Assembly (NCBI RefSeq): GCF_028641065.1
Contig: NW_026575814.1
Location: 1-64,000 of the forward strand
Direction of reading: 5' to 3'
Length of the DNA: 64,000 nucleotides
Origin: Leucoraja erinacea
Lineage: Eukaryota
The translations under genes were made by a program, and so were the position numbers. Of this stretch, positions 61,855-64,000 are shown piece by piece. The notes under the pieces are model-generated. The model worked only from the letters and a program-made list of their open reading frames with translations, searched no databases and was not told the origin of the DNA. Position 1 is the stretch's first letter. Each line of letters starts with the position of its first letter.

Positions 61855-62665
61855 ATGTGAGGTTATCCATTTTGGTGGCAAAAACAGGAAAGCAGACTAT
61901 TATCTAAATGGTGGCCAATTGGGAAAGGGGGAGATGCAGCGAGACCTGGGTGTCATGGTACACCAGTCATTGAAGGTAGGCATGCAGGTGCAGCAGGCAG
62001 TAAAGAAAGCGAATGGTATGTTAGCTTTCATTGCAAAAGGATTTGAGTATAGGAGCAGAGGGGTTCTACTGCAGTTGTACAGGGTCTTGGTGAGACCACA
62101 CCTGGAGTATTGCATACAGTTTTGGTCTCCAAATCTGAGGAAGGACATTATTGCCATAGAGGGAGTGGAGAGTCTGTTCACCAGACTGATTCCTGGGATG
62201 TCAGGACTGTCTTATGAAGAAAGACTGGATAGACTTGGTTTATACTCTCTAGAATTTAGAAGATTGAGAGGGGATCTTATAGAAACTTACAAAATTCTTA
62301 AGGGGTTGGACAGGCTAGATGCAGGAAGATTGTTCCCGATGTTAGGGAAGTCCAGGACAAGGGGTCACAGCTTAAGGATAAGGGGGAAATCCTTTAAAAC
62401 CGAGATGAGAAGAACTTTTTTTCACGCAGAGAGTGGTGAATCTCGGGAACTCTCTGCCACAGAGGGTAGTTGAGGCCAGTTCATTGGCTATATTTAAGAG
62501 GGAGTTAGATGTTGCCCTTGTGGCTAAGGGGATCAGGGGGTATGGAGAGAAGGCAGGTACGGGATACTGAGTTGGATGATCAGCCATGATCATATTGAAT
62601 GGCGGTGCAGGCTCGAAGGGCCGAATGGCCTACTCCTGCACCTAATTTCTATGTTTCTATGTTTC
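61855..62665 (+). mobile_element. CR1 LINE family A 3' end
   Basis: ORF 61919-62473 with tail; extra 3' fragments at 62723-63038. Confidence 0.9.
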
Positions 62666-63490
62666 ACATTAAGTGTTGGAATAACTCAGCGGGTCAGGCA
62701 GCATCTCCCGGGGAACATGGATATGATCAGCCATGATCATATTGAATGGCGGTGCAGGCTCGAAGGGCCGAATGGCCTACTCCTGCACCTATTTTCCAAT
62801 GTTTATATGTTTCTATGATAGGCGACATGGAATTCTCTGCCTCAGAGGGCGGTGGAGGCAGGTTCTCTGGATGCTTTCAAGAGAGAGCTCGATAGGGCTC
62901 TTAAAAATAGTGGAGTCAGGGGATATGGGAAGGAGGCAGGAACGGGGTACTGATTGGGGATGATCAGCCATGATCACATTAAATGGCGGTGCTGGCTCGA
63001 AGGGCCAAATGGCCTACTCCTGCACCTATTGTCTATTGACGTTTTGGATAGGGGCACCTTTTCAGTCTGAGGATGGATCCCAACCATGAACTTCGTCTAG
63101 CGTCTGAAGAAGGGACTCAACCCAAAACATCGTCTTTCCTTGTTCTCCAGAGATGCTGCCTGACCCATTCAGTTATCCAATACTTTGTCATTTTTTTTTG
63201 TAAACCAGAATCTGCAGTTCTTTTTTTGTAAACCAGCATGCGCAGTTCTTCTGTAGTAAATGCCCCTATAGATGAAAGTCAAAAGCCTTCTTCACCACCG
63301 TGAAAACCGTGGTAACTCAGTAGATAGGCAGCAGTAGATAGGCAGCATCTCTGTAGAGAAGGAATGGGTGACCTTTTGGGTCTAGACCCTTCTTCAGACG
63401 AGTCCCTGGAAAGGGAAACGAGAGATCTAGACAATGATGTAGAGAGATATGGAACAAATGAACAAAAGATACGCAACAAAGTAACAATCA

Positions 63491-64000
63491 TGTACAATTT
63501 TAACATTACATCCCAGCTTCTATACTTTATAAATCAGAGCATTGAGTATAGAAGCTGGGATGTAATGTTAAAATTGTACAAGGCATTGGTGAGACCAAAT
63601 CTGGAGTATGGTGTACAATTTTGGTCGCCCAATTATAGGAAGGATGTCAACAAAATAGAGAAAGTACAGAGGAGATTTACTAGAATGTTGCCTGGGTTTC
63701 AACAACAAAGTTACAGAGATAGGTTGAATAAGTTAGGTCTTTATTCTCTGGAGCGCAGAAGGTTAAGGGGGGACCTGATAGAGGTCTTTAAAATGATGAG
63801 AGGGATAGACAGAGTTGATGTGGACAAGCTTTTCCCTTTGAGAATAGGGAAGATTCAAACAAGAGGACATGACTTCAGAATTAAGGGACAGAAGTTTAGG
63901 GGTAATATGAGGGGGAACTTCTTTACGCAGAGAGTGGTGGCTGTGTGGAATGAGCTCCCAGTGGAAGTGGTGGAGGCAGGTTCATTGGTATCATTTAAAA
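63491..64000 (+). mobile_element. CR1 family B with a 5' inverted duplication; runs off the window
   Basis: Family-B RT C-terminal sequence; 63491-63526 is the reverse complement of 63545-63580. Confidence 0.88.

Noticed and set aside
61571-64000. Search for MHC transmembrane and cytoplasmic exons
   Set aside because: Only CR1 and Penelope-derived repeats are seen; no hydrophobic exon with splice sites.

Overview
This is vertebrate genomic DNA, inferred to be cartilaginous fish (shark, skate or ray) from its repeat repertoire: CR1/HER1-like LINEs, HE1/V-SINE-like SINEs and Penelope-derived repeats. Most of the window is transposable-element sequence, and nearly all ORFs in the track are CR1 or Rex/Babar reverse-transcriptase C-terminal fragments or their antisense shadows. 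Host genes: (1) a spliced MHC class I heavy-chain gene on the + strand, with leader exon 41079-41130, alpha1 48939-49202, alpha2 52929-53204 and alpha3 61295-61570, an X1/X2-Y promoter module and an ISRE-like site (TM/cytoplasmic exons not found, probably beyond the window); (2) an intact single-coding-exon NAT8/camello-family GNAT acetyltransferase on the - strand (34528-35250), head-to-head with the MHC gene; (3) an inverted, disrupted NAT8-family paralogue (19088-19939, +). Other features are a 3'-truncated U2 snRNA pseudogene, a DIRS tyrosine-recombinase retrotransposon with complete ITR/ICR termini, an LTR-element gag split by three nested LINEs, L1 3' ends with TSDs, Penelope GIY-YIG fragments, many hammerhead-ribozyme-like motifs and several MITEs (one hosts a 20-bp minisatellite, one carries inverted THAP-like arms). 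Two recurrent patterns stand out: 46-86 bp direct duplications flanking CR1 insertions, and a 5'-truncation point shared by two CR1 families. All coordinates were read by eye; repeat boundaries are approximate.
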